Shown: positions 14,676 through 24,455 of the stretch, in pieces | Numbering within the stretch: position 1 is the stretch's first letter | Layout of the letters: every line of letters starts with the position of its first letter | Assembly (NCBI GenBank): GCA_037927135.1 | Contig: JAXSPP010000002.1 | Location: 165,155-229,154 of the forward strand | Direction of reading: 5' to 3' | Source: Candidatus Pampinifervens sinense | GTDB taxonomy: Bacteria > Aquificota > Aquificia > Aquificales > Aquificaceae | DNA: 64,000 nucleotides | Notes under the pieces: generated by a model | Databases searched by the model: none | Told to the model about the DNA's origin: nothing | The model's input: only the letters and a program-made list of their open reading frames with translations | Position numbers and translations under genes: made by a program

Positions 14676-15999
14676 CCTTTTGGAGGAGCTGACACCAAGG
14701 AGGATAGTGGAGGAGCTTGACAAGTATATAGTGGGTCAAGAGGAGGCAAAGAGGGCTGTGGCCATAGCTTTAAGGAATAGGTGGAGGAGGCAAAAGCTTC
14801 CTGAACACATAAGGGACGAGGTGGCCCCTAAAAACCTTCTTATGATAGGGCCAACGGGTGTGGGTAAGACGGAGATAGCCAGAAGGATAGCTCAACTTAT
14901 AAAGGCACCCTTTGTGAAGGTAGAGGCTACAAAGTATACGGAGATAGGCTATGTGGGAAGGGATGTGGAGTCTATGGTGAGGGAGCTTGTGGAAGTGTCC
15001 TATCAAATGGTGAAGCAGGAGAAGATGCAGGAGGTGAGAGAAAGGGCAAAGAGGCTAGCGGAGGAGAGGTTGCTTGACTACCTTGTCCCTCAACAGCTAA
15101 GCTTTGGAATAAGAACTGTTCAAGATATAGGTAAAAGGGAGGAGATGAGAGAGAAGTTAAGGAGGGGTGAGCTGGATGATAAGGTGGTGGAGATAGATGT
15201 GCAAGAGAGGCTCATGCCCTTTATAGGCATAGCTGGACCACCAGGTCTTGAGGAACTAGAAGAACAGCTAAGGTCTATGTTTAGTAGCTTAGGTGGAAAG
15301 AGGAGAAGGAAGTTGAGGGTAAAGGAAGCCCTGCAGGTGCTGGAGGCTGAGGAAGCGGAAAAGCTAATAGACCAAGAGGAAGTGGCAAGGGAGGCCATAT
15401 ACAGAGCTGAAAACTTTGGCATCATCTTTATAGATGAGATAGATAAGATAGCTATAAAGACGCCAGGTGTAGGTCCTGGTGTATCAAGGGAGGGTGTGCA
15501 AAGAGACCTTCTGCCCATAGTGGAAGGTACTGTGGTAAAGACAAAGTATGGCCCTGTAAGAACGGATCATATACTATTTATAGCTGCGGGTGCCTTTCAT
15601 ATGTCCAAGCCATCCGACCTCATACCCGAGCTTCAAGGAAGGTTTCCGATCCGGGTAGAGCTAAAGCCTTTAACAAGGGAGGATTTTGTGAGGATACTAA
15701 AGGAGCCTAAAAACGCACTCACGGTGCAGTATATAGAGCTGTTAAAGACGGAGGGTGTGGAGCTTGAGTTTACAGACGATGCCATTGAGGAGATAGCGCG
15801 CATTGCGGAAGAGGCCAACAATAGGATGGAGAACATAGGTGCCAGAAGGTTGCACACGGTTATGGAAAAGCTCCTTGAGGACATCTCCTTTAACGCTCCT
15901 GAGCTCTATGGACAGAGGATAATAATAGATGCGAAGTTTGTCAGAGCCAAGCTTGAAAATATAATAAAGGATCAGGAGCTTTCCAAGTATATACTATGA
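14653..15999 (+). CDS. hslU: ATP-dependent protease ATPase subunit HslU
   Basis: [45 protein letters not shown]. Confidence 0.97.
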   Translation: MMTKSLSDLLEELTPRRIVEELDKYIVGQEEAKRAVAIALRNRWRRQKLPEHIRDEVAPKNLLMIGPTGVGKTEIARRIAQLIKAPFVKVEATKYTEIGYVGRDVESMVRELVEVSYQMVKQEKMQEVRERAKRLAEERLLDYLVPQQLSFGIRTVQDIGKREEMREKLRRGELDDKVVEIDVQERLMPFIGIAGPPGLEELEEQLRSMFSSLGGKRRRKLRVKEALQVLEAEEAEKLIDQEEVAREAIYRAENFGIIFIDEIDKIAIKTPGVGPGVSREGVQRDLLPIVEGTVVKTKYGPVRTDHILFIAAGAFHMSKPSDLIPELQGRFPIRVELKPLTREDFVRILKEPKNALTVQYIELLKTEGVELEFTDDAIEEIARIAEEANNRMENIGARRLHTVMEKLLEDISFNAPELYGQRIIIDAKFVRAKLENIIKDQELSKYIL

Positions 16000-16454
16000 A
16001 GAGTATTTTGGAAAGGATTGAGGAGCTCCTATCCTTGCAGGAAAAGTTGGTAAACCTTTTGTTCCTATCCGGGTCTAAAAGGATAAGCATCAGCGTAAAC
16101 ACCGCCTTTGACCTACTCTACCATAACATAGAGCTCCTTGATCTTATAGAGGAGCTCATAAGCTCCCAGGAAGAACTTTTAGAAGACTATACAAGGGAAT
16201 ACACCTTTAGCCTTATCTTTGAAGCCCTCTCATGGATGGGTATAATATTCCCAGCTATAGAGGATTCATGTCCCATATTCTTACATGGAGACCCTGTCCA
16301 TAGAATAAGGCTTATACTGAGTATGGTGGAGGAAAGCTACAACAAGGGTGAATATCAAAACCTTTTGAAGATAGCGAAAGAACTTCAAAGACTTTCAAGC
16401 TTGTTGAAGTATCAGATTATCCTTGCAAGAAGGGCTTACATGAACCTAGCCTGA
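15996..16454 (+). CDS. Hypothetical helical protein
   Basis: 152-aa ORF with ATGA overlap to hslU. Confidence 0.7.
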   Translation: MKSILERIEELLSLQEKLVNLLFLSGSKRISISVNTAFDLLYHNIELLDLIEELISSQEELLEDYTREYTFSLIFEALSWMGIIFPAIEDSCPIFLHGDPVHRIRLILSMVEESYNKGEYQNLLKIAKELQRLSSLLKYQIILARRAYMNLA

Positions 16455-16706
16455 CCTTTTTATAGCCCCCACAAAGATAAGGATCTTTGCCACGGCCCTG
16501 TATAGGTCCGGTGGTATCTCTTCGTACACCTCCAGTCTAAACATGGCCGAAAGAAGGGCCTTATCCTCAAGCACAGGCACGCCATGCCTTTTTGCAGTCT
16601 CTATTATCCTCTCCGCAAGCTCACCCACACCTTTAGCAACTACCACAGGTGCCTTGTCCTTCTCCTGATCATACCTTAAGGCTATGGCCTTTTTCTTCTC
16701 CTCCAT
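16446..16706 (-). CDS. Stand-alone FlhB C-terminal-like (EscU/YscU family) protein
   Basis: AIALRY..APVVVAKG.G..A..I...A....VP and EIPPDLYRAVA. Confidence 0.88.
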   Translation of the reverse strand: MEEKKKAIALRYDQEKDKAPVVVAKGVGELAERIIETAKRHGVPVLEDKALLSAMFRLEVYEEIPPDLYRAVAKILIFVGAIKRSG

Positions 16707-16708
16707 GG

Positions 16709-18112
16709 CTACACGATAAGAAGAAAGCTTTCCTCTGGAAAGCTACCCTTTACCCTCTCCAAAACTTGTCCTTCTTCTACCACCTCTACAAGATAGCTCT
16801 TAAGTTCTATCCCTTCCTCCAAAAGCATCTCCTTTAGCCTCTCTTTTCCCTCCTTTAACCTCTCCGCCAAGGAACTCATATTGGTAAACAGCCTCACATC
16901 CAAGCTTTTATGCTTCCTTGGTCTTTTAACAAACCCAGCTAAAAAGCCCATCTCATAGTTCAATTTAAAAAACACCATATAATCCTTCTCCACTTTAAAC
17001 ATCATGCCACCACTGCCACCCTCATAGTATATGGGCAGATAAAAGGTTCTGTAGTCTTTTAACATGCCCCATTGAAGGCTGCTAAGCTGCTCAAGCCTGT
17101 ATAAAAGGCCTTCCAGATTGGGCAACTTTGCCTTATAAAACTCCATCCATTTTTGACCCTCCTTCAAATACCCCTCCAAAGCGCCGTAAGCCCTTTTGAC
17201 ATCCCTTTCAGAACCACCTTCAAGAGCCTTTAAAAGCTCTTTTATCACAGGCTCCTCCAAGCTTTTTAAGCTTTCAAAAGCTTCAATTATTTCTTTATGT
17301 TTCTCAAGCATGCCAGACTTTGCAAGCCTGTAGAGCTCCTTCAGTATTACCGCTCTGTCTCCTCTCTCAAGGGCCAAGGTGAAGGAAGGTTCATCTTTCA
17401 AACCTTTAACAAACATCAAGTATTCCTCATGGTTCATATGTTCAAAGCTCAATATCCTAAATGCTTCAACAGTCTTCTCATAAACCCTTACCCTCTCTTT
17501 AAAAATATGTAAAAGATCTTTAATACCCTCCAAACTCCCTTCAAAGTTAACAGATAGCATATCTGAAAGCTCCTTTGCCAACAAAAGCAACTGGCCTATT
17601 AGCTGTCCTTTTCTATCCTTTATAACATCTTCTACCCTTATCTTCCCTAAAAAAAGATCAAAAAGCTTTCTTTCATAAAAAATGCCAGAGTTTTCCACAC
17701 TGTCCTTCAAATTGTCCACATCTATAGACACAAAAAAGCTACCTTCCTTTTCAAAGATAAGCTTTAAGAGTTCCTCACCTTTTCCACTTCTGTAGAGGCC
17801 TACGATCTTAAAGATGAGAGGGTCTGTGCTTTCTACCATAAGGTCCAATGTGTCGCCCAGCATAAGGGGTATGGAAGACCTGTTTTCTGCCCTTACTTTA
17901 ATACCCTTTGGCAGATTGAGCTCAACCATAGACCCTTCCCAATGGCTAACCCTTGCCCTTACGGTGCTACCAGGAGAAAGATCTAAAAACACATCTGGAA
18001 CCACAGATAAAACCCTTATTCTTAAGACTTCTCCCGCCTTTTGTGCCCTTATGGTCTGAGACTGATCTGTGGCATGTTGAAGTAGCACACCCTCTATCCT
18101 TCTAATCTCCAT
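16709..18112 (-). CDS. Hypothetical protein, possibly FliK-like hook-length control protein
   Basis: Long ORF directly upstream of the FlhB-like gene; C-terminal LDVRLFT...LKEMLLEEGIEL resembles FliK C-domain. Confidence 0.5.
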   Translation of the reverse strand: MEIRRIEGVLLQHATDQSQTIRAQKAGEVLRIRVLSVVPDVFLDLSPGSTVRARVSHWEGSMVELNLPKGIKVRAENRSSIPLMLGDTLDLMVESTDPLIFKIVGLYRSGKGEELLKLIFEKEGSFFVSIDVDNLKDSVENSGIFYERKLFDLFLGKIRVEDVIKDRKGQLIGQLLLLAKELSDMLSVNFEGSLEGIKDLLHIFKERVRVYEKTVEAFRILSFEHMNHEEYLMFVKGLKDEPSFTLALERGDRAVILKELYRLAKSGMLEKHKEIIEAFESLKSLEEPVIKELLKALEGGSERDVKRAYGALEGYLKEGQKWMEFYKAKLPNLEGLLYRLEQLSSLQWGMLKDYRTFYLPIYYEGGSGGMMFKVEKDYMVFFKLNYEMGFLAGFVKRPRKHKSLDVRLFTNMSSLAERLKEGKERLKEMLLEEGIELKSYLVEVVEEGQVLERVKGSFPEESFLLIV

Positions 18113-18116
18113 AAAT

Positions 18117-18974
18117 TTAAATATCGCCAATAAGGGTAAAAGCTAAAGCCCCCCTTGCCATACAGTACTCTGCACAGGAGGAGAAGAAGAGTTTGAAACA
18201 TTTAGCTGGCAGGCTCTCACACATGGCCTTCAGATCCTCCTCAAGACCTTCAAGCAGATCCTTCATGGCATCTATGAGACCACCACCTAAAACTATCCTA
18301 TCTGGGTTGAAGATATGCACGGAGTTCATAAGGCCAAGGAGCAGATATCTTCTAAACTCCATGAGGGCCTCTAGGGCCATAGGGTCCCCTTCCTTAGCCT
18401 TGTTTATTATCTCAAAGTCTTTGAGCCTTTTGCCAGACACCTTTTCATATATCCTTTCAAGGCCGTAGGAAGAGGAGTAGGCTTCCCAACAGCCAAACCT
18501 ACCACAACTACATTTTTCTCCACCAGCCTCCACAATATGATGTCCAAGCTCTAAACTGCTACCGCAAGCACCCAAAAAGGGCCTACCATCTATCACAAGA
18601 CCACCACCTAGACCTGTACCTATGGCCACAAAGAGTAAAACCTTGCTCTCCCTGTGATCATAGAACCATTCACCAAGGGCTCCAGCGGAAACATCGTTTA
18701 TCACCCTTACCTTAAGGCCAGCAAAGACCTCCTTAAGGTCTACCCCATCAAGGGCTGGTATGTTGGGAGACCTATGGACCACGCCCTCCAAGGAGGTAAA
18801 ACCAGCCACAGCTATACCTACCTCTTTAGGGTCTCCTTCAAAGACTATACTTTTTATCCTCTCCAAAAAGGCCTTTTTGTCTCTAGAGACATCCTTTATA
18901 TAGTGCTTTTCCCTTCTCCCATCCTCCCAGTACACCTTTACAAAGGTGCCACCAATATCAACTCCCTTTCTCAT
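18117..18974 (-). CDS. ROK family sugar kinase (glucokinase-like)
   Basis: GVDIGGT, ND, GTGLGGG, ELGH, CSCGRFGCWE. Confidence 0.92.
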   Translation of the reverse strand: MRKGVDIGGTFVKVYWEDGRREKHYIKDVSRDKKAFLERIKSIVFEGDPKEVGIAVAGFTSLEGVVHRSPNIPALDGVDLKEVFAGLKVRVINDVSAGALGEWFYDHRESKVLLFVAIGTGLGGGLVIDGRPFLGACGSSLELGHHIVEAGGEKCSCGRFGCWEAYSSSYGLERIYEKVSGKRLKDFEIINKAKEGDPMALEALMEFRRYLLLGLMNSVHIFNPDRIVLGGGLIDAMKDLLEGLEEDLKAMCESLPAKCFKLFFSSCAEYCMARGALAFTLIGDI

Positions 18975-19413
18975 ACTCCACCCTCTTTATCCTTACACCC
19001 CCTTCCCCCTTTTCAAAGTACAGTCTAACGGAAGCCACCTTCTTTATAACACCCTTTTCCTTCACAAGCAAATCCACCAAAACTTCATCCTCCCTTGTCA
19101 TCCTCTCTTTTGCTACTGCAGAAGAACCCAAAGACCTCCTGTAAGACTGACAGCTGGATATAAGCCCCTTCTCTCCACCCAATTCCTTATATAGCTCCTC
19201 GTCCATAATCTTAGAGAGTTCAAAGGCCCTCTCTTCTCTACACTCCTCCAAACCCAACAAAAAGCTATAAAAGGCCTTTATCTCCTCCATAGTGTGCCTT
19301 CTCTCCATAGCATCCTCAAAGAATATAAGCAGGGCTATAAGGAATGGGTAGGAGATGCCAAGGACAATAAAGAAGCCTAAAAGGAGGTCTTCCTTGCTGT
19401 AGTTTAACCTCAT
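18958..19413 (-). CDS. Hypothetical protein with one N-terminal TM helix
   Basis: ATGA overlap with corA stop; hydrophobic N-terminal segment. Confidence 0.65.
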   Translation of the reverse strand: MRLNYSKEDLLLGFFIVLGISYPFLIALLIFFEDAMERRHTMEEIKAFYSFLLGLEECREERAFELSKIMDEELYKELGGEKGLISSCQSYRRSLGSSAVAKERMTREDEVLVDLLVKEKGVIKKVASVRLYFEKGEGGVRIKRVEYEKGS

Positions 19414-20351
19414 AACCACCCCTTCCTTTTTACCCAATATATAAGAGAGAGGGTGACGGCTACCATAAGAAGGAGTGATAAGGGATAGCCGTACTTCCAA
19501 TGGAGTTCGGGCATATTCTCAAAGTTCATACCGTATATGCTGGCTATAAGGGTGGCTGGCAGGAATATGGTGGCTATAACTGTAAAAACTTTAACCGCTT
19601 CATTCTGTTTTATAGATATCAGACCCAGTAGGGAATTCTGTATGCTGTCTAGCTTGTCCATGTAAAAGCTCGTATAGTCAAGTAGAGTATGAAGGTCATC
19701 TAGGGCCACCTTTATCTCCCTCTTGGTCTGAGCGTTTATCTTTGGACTTTTAACAAAGTGGCTCAAAACTCTAAGCTTTTCGTTGATGGTTTCTCTTATG
19801 GTGATGTTTAACTCATCGTAGTAAGAAATCTCCCTTATGATCTCTTCAGACTGTTCTGCAAAGACCTCCTTCCTTAGGTTCCTTATCCTTCTACCAAGTA
19901 TTTCAAGCCTGTCGCCCAATCTATCCACTTCAATGTTAACTATCTGTGAAAAAATGGACTCTGGAAATTGAAAATTTATAGGGTTCTCTTCCATCCTCTT
20001 TATGAATATCAACATACTTGGTATGTCTCTGTACCTTATACTCACCATATAGCGACCCTTTATGAAAAAAAGCACAGGTTCCACACTTATATCCTCCTTT
20101 TGCTGTATAACAAAGGAAAGGTTCATATATATGGCATCATCTTCTTCCTTGTATTTACTGCTTATCTCTATATCACCAAAGACCTCCCTAGGTGGCATCT
20201 TAAAACCCACCGCACTTTTTAGCCAGTCAATCTCCGCATCGGTAGGCTTCTCCACATCAAGCCAGATTACCGCATCCCTACGTATATCACCAAATTGATC
20301 CAAACTAAACCTTTTGAAGGCTCCTCCCACACTGGCATATACGTTTATCAT
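19410..20351 (-). CDS. corA: Magnesium/cobalt transporter CorA
   Basis: YGMNF and MPEL signature, two C-terminal TMs. Confidence 0.94.
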   Translation of the reverse strand: MINVYASVGGAFKRFSLDQFGDIRRDAVIWLDVEKPTDAEIDWLKSAVGFKMPPREVFGDIEISSKYKEEDDAIYMNLSFVIQQKEDISVEPVLFFIKGRYMVSIRYRDIPSMLIFIKRMEENPINFQFPESIFSQIVNIEVDRLGDRLEILGRRIRNLRKEVFAEQSEEIIREISYYDELNITIRETINEKLRVLSHFVKSPKINAQTKREIKVALDDLHTLLDYTSFYMDKLDSIQNSLLGLISIKQNEAVKVFTVIATIFLPATLIASIYGMNFENMPELHWKYGYPLSLLLMVAVTLSLIYWVKRKGWL

Positions 20352-20364
20352 TTGGAATAATATT

Positions 20365-21183
20365 TTACAATCTGAATATCCTCATACTGAAGTCAAGCCA
20401 TCTTGCCGAGTGGGTGATCGCACCAGAGGATATAAAGTGAACACCCTCTATGGCATACTCCCTTATGTTCTCAAGGTTTACATTACCGGAAACCTCCACC
20501 AAAACCTTACCTTTTATAATCTTTACTGCCCTTCTTACATCCTCCGGTGAAAAGTTATCAAGAAGCACCATATCCACATCACATTCTAAGGCTTCTTCAA
20601 GCTCTTCTATGCTTTCTACTTCCACCTCAACCTTGTAAGCTGGTCCTATCCTTTCCCTCACCCGCCTTACAGCCTCTTTTATACCACCAGCCACAGCCTT
20701 ATGGTTATCCTTTATCAGCACCATATCGTAAAGACCAAAGCGATGGTTTAAACCACCACCCACCCTCACCGCATACTTCTCAAAATACCTCATACCAGGT
20801 GTAGTCTTTCTTGTGTCAAGAAGCCTTATATTTGTCCCTTCTAAGGCCTTCACAAAGCTTCTTGTCAAAGTGGCTATACCGCTTAGCCTCTGCAAAAGGT
20901 TAAGAGCCACCCTTTCACCCTTTAAAAGCACCTCCGCAGGCCCTTCTATTATAAGGATCTCATCTCCCTTTTTAAACTCTTCCCCATCCTTCAAACCTTT
21001 TATAAGCTTTACCTCTCCTAGAAGTTCAAAAACTCTAAAAGCAAAGCTCGCACCGGCTAAAACTCCCCCTTCCTTCGCCCTTATTATGGCCCTGACCCTT
21101 TCTCCTCTGCATATGCCCTCTGTGGTAATATCACCATGACCTATGTCTTCTTCAAGAAAGCTTAACAAAATCTTATCTACCAT
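20365..21183 (-). CDS. nadC: Nicotinate-nucleotide diphosphorylase (carboxylating)
   Basis: DTRKTTPG, HRFGL, LIKDNH, EVEVES, LLDN. Confidence 0.96.
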   Translation of the reverse strand: MVDKILLSFLEEDIGHGDITTEGICRGERVRAIIRAKEGGVLAGASFAFRVFELLGEVKLIKGLKDGEEFKKGDEILIIEGPAEVLLKGERVALNLLQRLSGIATLTRSFVKALEGTNIRLLDTRKTTPGMRYFEKYAVRVGGGLNHRFGLYDMVLIKDNHKAVAGGIKEAVRRVRERIGPAYKVEVEVESIEELEEALECDVDMVLLDNFSPEDVRRAVKIIKGKVLVEVSGNVNLENIREYAIEGVHFISSGAITHSARWLDFSMRIFRL

Positions 21184-21200
21184 GGTTTATAATTTTAACT

Positions 21201-22652
21201 GTGAAAATAGTAATGGTGGCTTCCGAAAGCTCTGCCTATTTGAAGGCGGGGGGACTTGGGGATGTGATCCATTCCCTCGCAAAGGCTCTTATAAAACTGG
21301 GACACAGTTTATATGTAATAATGCCAAAGTATTCAAAGATAAAAGGGAATCTAAAAAAAGTTGGGCAATCTAAGGTCTTCTTTTACAGCAATTGGCAAGA
21401 GTTTGACATATACGAGGATATTAAGGACCACGTCAGATACTACTTTATTGATTTTCCTAGATACTTTAACAGAGAATACATATATGCCACACCCAAAGGT
21501 GAATACGAGGACAATCCATTAAGGTTCGGCTTTCTGTCTTTGGCAAGCCTTGAGGTCATAAGAAGCTTGGAAATTAAGCCAAACTTGATACATACACACG
21601 ACTGGCACACAGGGCTCTTACCCCTTTATAAAAAGCTTTATTATACAGATCTTGAGAACATACCTACAGTCTTTACCATCCATAATGCTATGCACCAAGG
21701 CATCTACGATCCACATTTTATCCCTATGTTAAACCTACCTTGGGAGATTTTTCATCCATACCACGGCATAGAGTTCTATGGAAAGATCAACTTCCTTAAA
21801 GCTGGCATAGCTTTTTGCGACATTCTTACAACGGTTAGCCCATCCTATGCTGAAGAGTTAAGACATTACGCTTATGGCCTTGAGGGCCTTATAAGAGAGA
21901 AAAAGTACTTCTTTGGTATTCTAAACGGGATAGACTATGATGTATGGAACCCTGAAACGGACAAGCTTATCAAAAGCAATTACACCGTTAAAAACTTTTC
22001 TAAAGGTAAATGGATAAATAAAAGGCATCTTAAGGATGTTTTTGGCCTAAAAACAAGGGATGAGAGACCACTTGTGGGTATGGTTTCAAGGCTAACATCA
22101 CAAAAGGGTCTAGATATAGTCCAAGGTATCATATGTGAGGCAGTAAGGGAAGGGTTTGACTTTGTTTTTTTAGGCTCTGGAGAGGAAAGATACCAGGATA
22201 TGTTAATAGAGTTTATGAAGAGACATCCGGAGAGTGTGAGGGTAAGGATAGAGTACAATGAAGAGTTGGCTCATAAGATATTCGCCGGTTCGGACATGTT
22301 TTTGATGCCTTCGCTCTTTGAGCCTTGTGGCCTGTCTCAGATGATAGCCATGAGGTATGGAACTGTTCCTATAGTTAGGGCCACTGGAGGCTTGAAGGAT
22401 ACGGTCATAGATTTTGTGAACAATCCTTACGAAGGCAACGGCTTTTCCTTTGAAGAGTATTCAAGCAAGGAACTTATGCATGCCCTCCTTAAGGCAAGGG
22501 TTTATTATGACATGTACATCTGTGATCATTCAAAGGACTGGATTGAGATAGTAAAAAGGTGTATGAAAAAGGACTTTTCCTGGGATAGGAGTGCAAGAGA
22601 ATACGAGAGGATCTACTCTACCGCTATAATGTTAAGAAGTTATGGTTCTTAG
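21201..22652 (+). CDS. glgA: Glycogen synthase
   Basis: KAGGLGDV, HDWH, FTIHN, SRLTSQKG, PSLFEPCGL; GTG start. Confidence 0.95.
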   Translation: MKIVMVASESSAYLKAGGLGDVIHSLAKALIKLGHSLYVIMPKYSKIKGNLKKVGQSKVFFYSNWQEFDIYEDIKDHVRYYFIDFPRYFNREYIYATPKGEYEDNPLRFGFLSLASLEVIRSLEIKPNLIHTHDWHTGLLPLYKKLYYTDLENIPTVFTIHNAMHQGIYDPHFIPMLNLPWEIFHPYHGIEFYGKINFLKAGIAFCDILTTVSPSYAEELRHYAYGLEGLIREKKYFFGILNGIDYDVWNPETDKLIKSNYTVKNFSKGKWINKRHLKDVFGLKTRDERPLVGMVSRLTSQKGLDIVQGIICEAVREGFDFVFLGSGEERYQDMLIEFMKRHPESVRVRIEYNEELAHKIFAGSDMFLMPSLFEPCGLSQMIAMRYGTVPIVRATGGLKDTVIDFVNNPYEGNGFSFEEYSSKELMHALLKARVYYDMYICDHSKDWIEIVKRCMKKDFSWDRSAREYERIYSTAIMLRSYGS

Positions 22653-23121
22653 CCTTGAAGATCTGTTAAACCTGATTGAACCACTAAGAGAGAACAAAGT
22701 CATAGTGTTTACCAATGGATGCTTTGATATTTTACATGCTGGCCATGCTTATTATCTGAAAAAGGCTAAAGAGTTGGGAGATATTCTAGTTGTTGGTCTT
22801 AACTCAGATGAATCTATAAGGAGGATAAAGGGGCCTCAGAGGCCTATAATACCGCAGCATATGAGGGCCTATCTTCTTGACAGTTTAAAACCTGTGGATT
22901 ATGTAGTCATCTTTGAGGAGGATACACCGGAAAAGCTCATAAGAGCCATAAGGCCCCATGTGCTTGTAAAGGGTGCCGATTGGGAAATTAAGGATATAGT
23001 TGGTGCCGACTTTGTTTTGTCTTATGGGGGTAGAGTAGAAAGGATTGAATTTAAGTTTGATATATCTACTTCTGCCATTATAAGAAGGATAATAGAACTT
23101 TACAAAGATCTGGAGAGGTGA
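22642..23121 (+). CDS. rfaE2: D-glycero-beta-D-manno-heptose 1-phosphate adenylyltransferase
   Basis: FTNGCFDILHAGH, GLNSDES, VKGADW. Confidence 0.92.
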   Translation: MVLSLEDLLNLIEPLRENKVIVFTNGCFDILHAGHAYYLKKAKELGDILVVGLNSDESIRRIKGPQRPIIPQHMRAYLLDSLKPVDYVVIFEEDTPEKLIRAIRPHVLVKGADWEIKDIVGADFVLSYGGRVERIEFKFDISTSAIIRRIIELYKDLER

Positions 23122-23678
23122 TCTTCTATAGCTTTATCCAATTCTAATACTACCCTTTGCTCAATTCTTAACCTTTCAAGTTTTATGAAACTTTCCTCTT
23201 CCGCTATAACTTTGACAAATTTCCTTAATTCTTCCTTAAATATATCCTCTTTATATAAGCCAAGGCCTTTTAAAAACTCCAACTTAAACCTTGTAAGGAA
23301 TACGGCACGATTTTTAGGGTTTAAATTAAGGTATTTGAAAAGCATATTAAAAAGGTCTGGATCGTAGTGTATGAACCACTTTTCAACGAATAAAAGAATT
23401 GAACTCCTCCAAAGGTAGCAGTTGTAATCTTTTATGGAGGTATAAGCTAGAGGAATCACTTTAATCACATCTTTCATAATCAAGACATCTCCTGATTGAC
23501 GGTACACTATGTATAAAAAGTTGGAAGGTTCTGTGATGCCTAAAAAGCCTTTGCTAGGATCAAAGCCATCTGGAACTATAATCTTTACAAGCCCACATGG
23601 CCCATAGGCTTTAAGTATAAGGTCTAGATCACCCGCCCTATATCTTCTTAGTATGAGAAAGTGGCCATTAGCTGACAT
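23100..23678 (-). CDS. RecO-like DNA repair protein (short, divergent)
   Basis: N-terminus LILRRYRAGDLDLILKAY...G resembles RecO OB fold. Confidence 0.6.
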   Translation of the reverse strand: MSANGHFLILRRYRAGDLDLILKAYGPCGLVKIIVPDGFDPSKGFLGITEPSNFLYIVYRQSGDVLIMKDVIKVIPLAYTSIKDYNCYLWRSSILLFVEKWFIHYDPDLFNMLFKYLNLNPKNRAVFLTRFKLEFLKGLGLYKEDIFKEELRKFVKVIAEEESFIKLERLRIEQRVVLELDKAIEDHLSRSL

Positions 23679-23729
23679 TTTTTAGATTATAAACTTGCTT
23701 TTTTGATCTTTTATGCTATCATTTATTCC

Positions 23730-24455
23730 ATGGAAAAAGGGAGATGGGGGAAAGAGCTTAATTTCACTCTTACTGTTCTATGGCTTTTTTCTATGGCTCT
23801 GGCCGGATTCTTTGCTCCATACTTTACGGACAATATACCTCTGTTCAAAGTTAAGGCAGTCCATGTGGAGGGCTTAAGAAGCATACCATTGCATATTATA
23901 ATTGAAGAAATAAGAAATTTAAAAAATAACTGGCTTTTTATAAATAAAAGGATCCTTCTGGAAAATATAAATAAAAACACAGGTAATGCTGTAGAGGATA
24001 TAGAAATAGATAGGGTTTTTGCCAGTAGCGGTGTAGAACTTAGGATAAATATAAAGGAAAGAACTCCTTTTGTTTCTGTTATACATGGTGATAGGAAAGT
24101 ATTTTTTGATGAAAAAGGTGTTGTTTTTAACTCTCCATTTATAAACGTTGCTGAACCAATAGTCTACACTTTTGATATAGATTACATTCAGAGAAACTTC
24201 AGTAAAGTTAGAGGACTTGTAGTCCATTTGAAGGAAATAAAAGAAGTTTATATTACGGATATAAGCACAATAGCTTATCTTAAAAGTGGTGTTAGACTTA
24301 TCCTTCCTCCATTGACCCTATTGGATGAATCGCTTTTGGAAAAACTGAAAAGGGTTATAGGGAATTATAATATTGATATGCAGGTTAAAGAATTGGAGAT
24401 AAATACAGATGGCCTAATAATAGCAAGGGGTGTTAAAGGTGGGGAAAGAGATTAG
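23730..24455 (+). CDS. ftsQ: Cell division protein FtsQ/DivIB-like
   Basis: Single TM, FKVKAVHVEG POTRA start, IKERTP; upstream of ftsA. Confidence 0.78.
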   Translation: MEKGRWGKELNFTLTVLWLFSMALAGFFAPYFTDNIPLFKVKAVHVEGLRSIPLHIIIEEIRNLKNNWLFINKRILLENINKNTGNAVEDIEIDRVFASSGVELRINIKERTPFVSVIHGDRKVFFDEKGVVFNSPFINVAEPIVYTFDIDYIQRNFSKVRGLVVHLKEIKEVYITDISTIAYLKSGVRLILPPLTLLDESLLEKLKRVIGNYNIDMQVKELEINTDGLIIARGVKGGERD

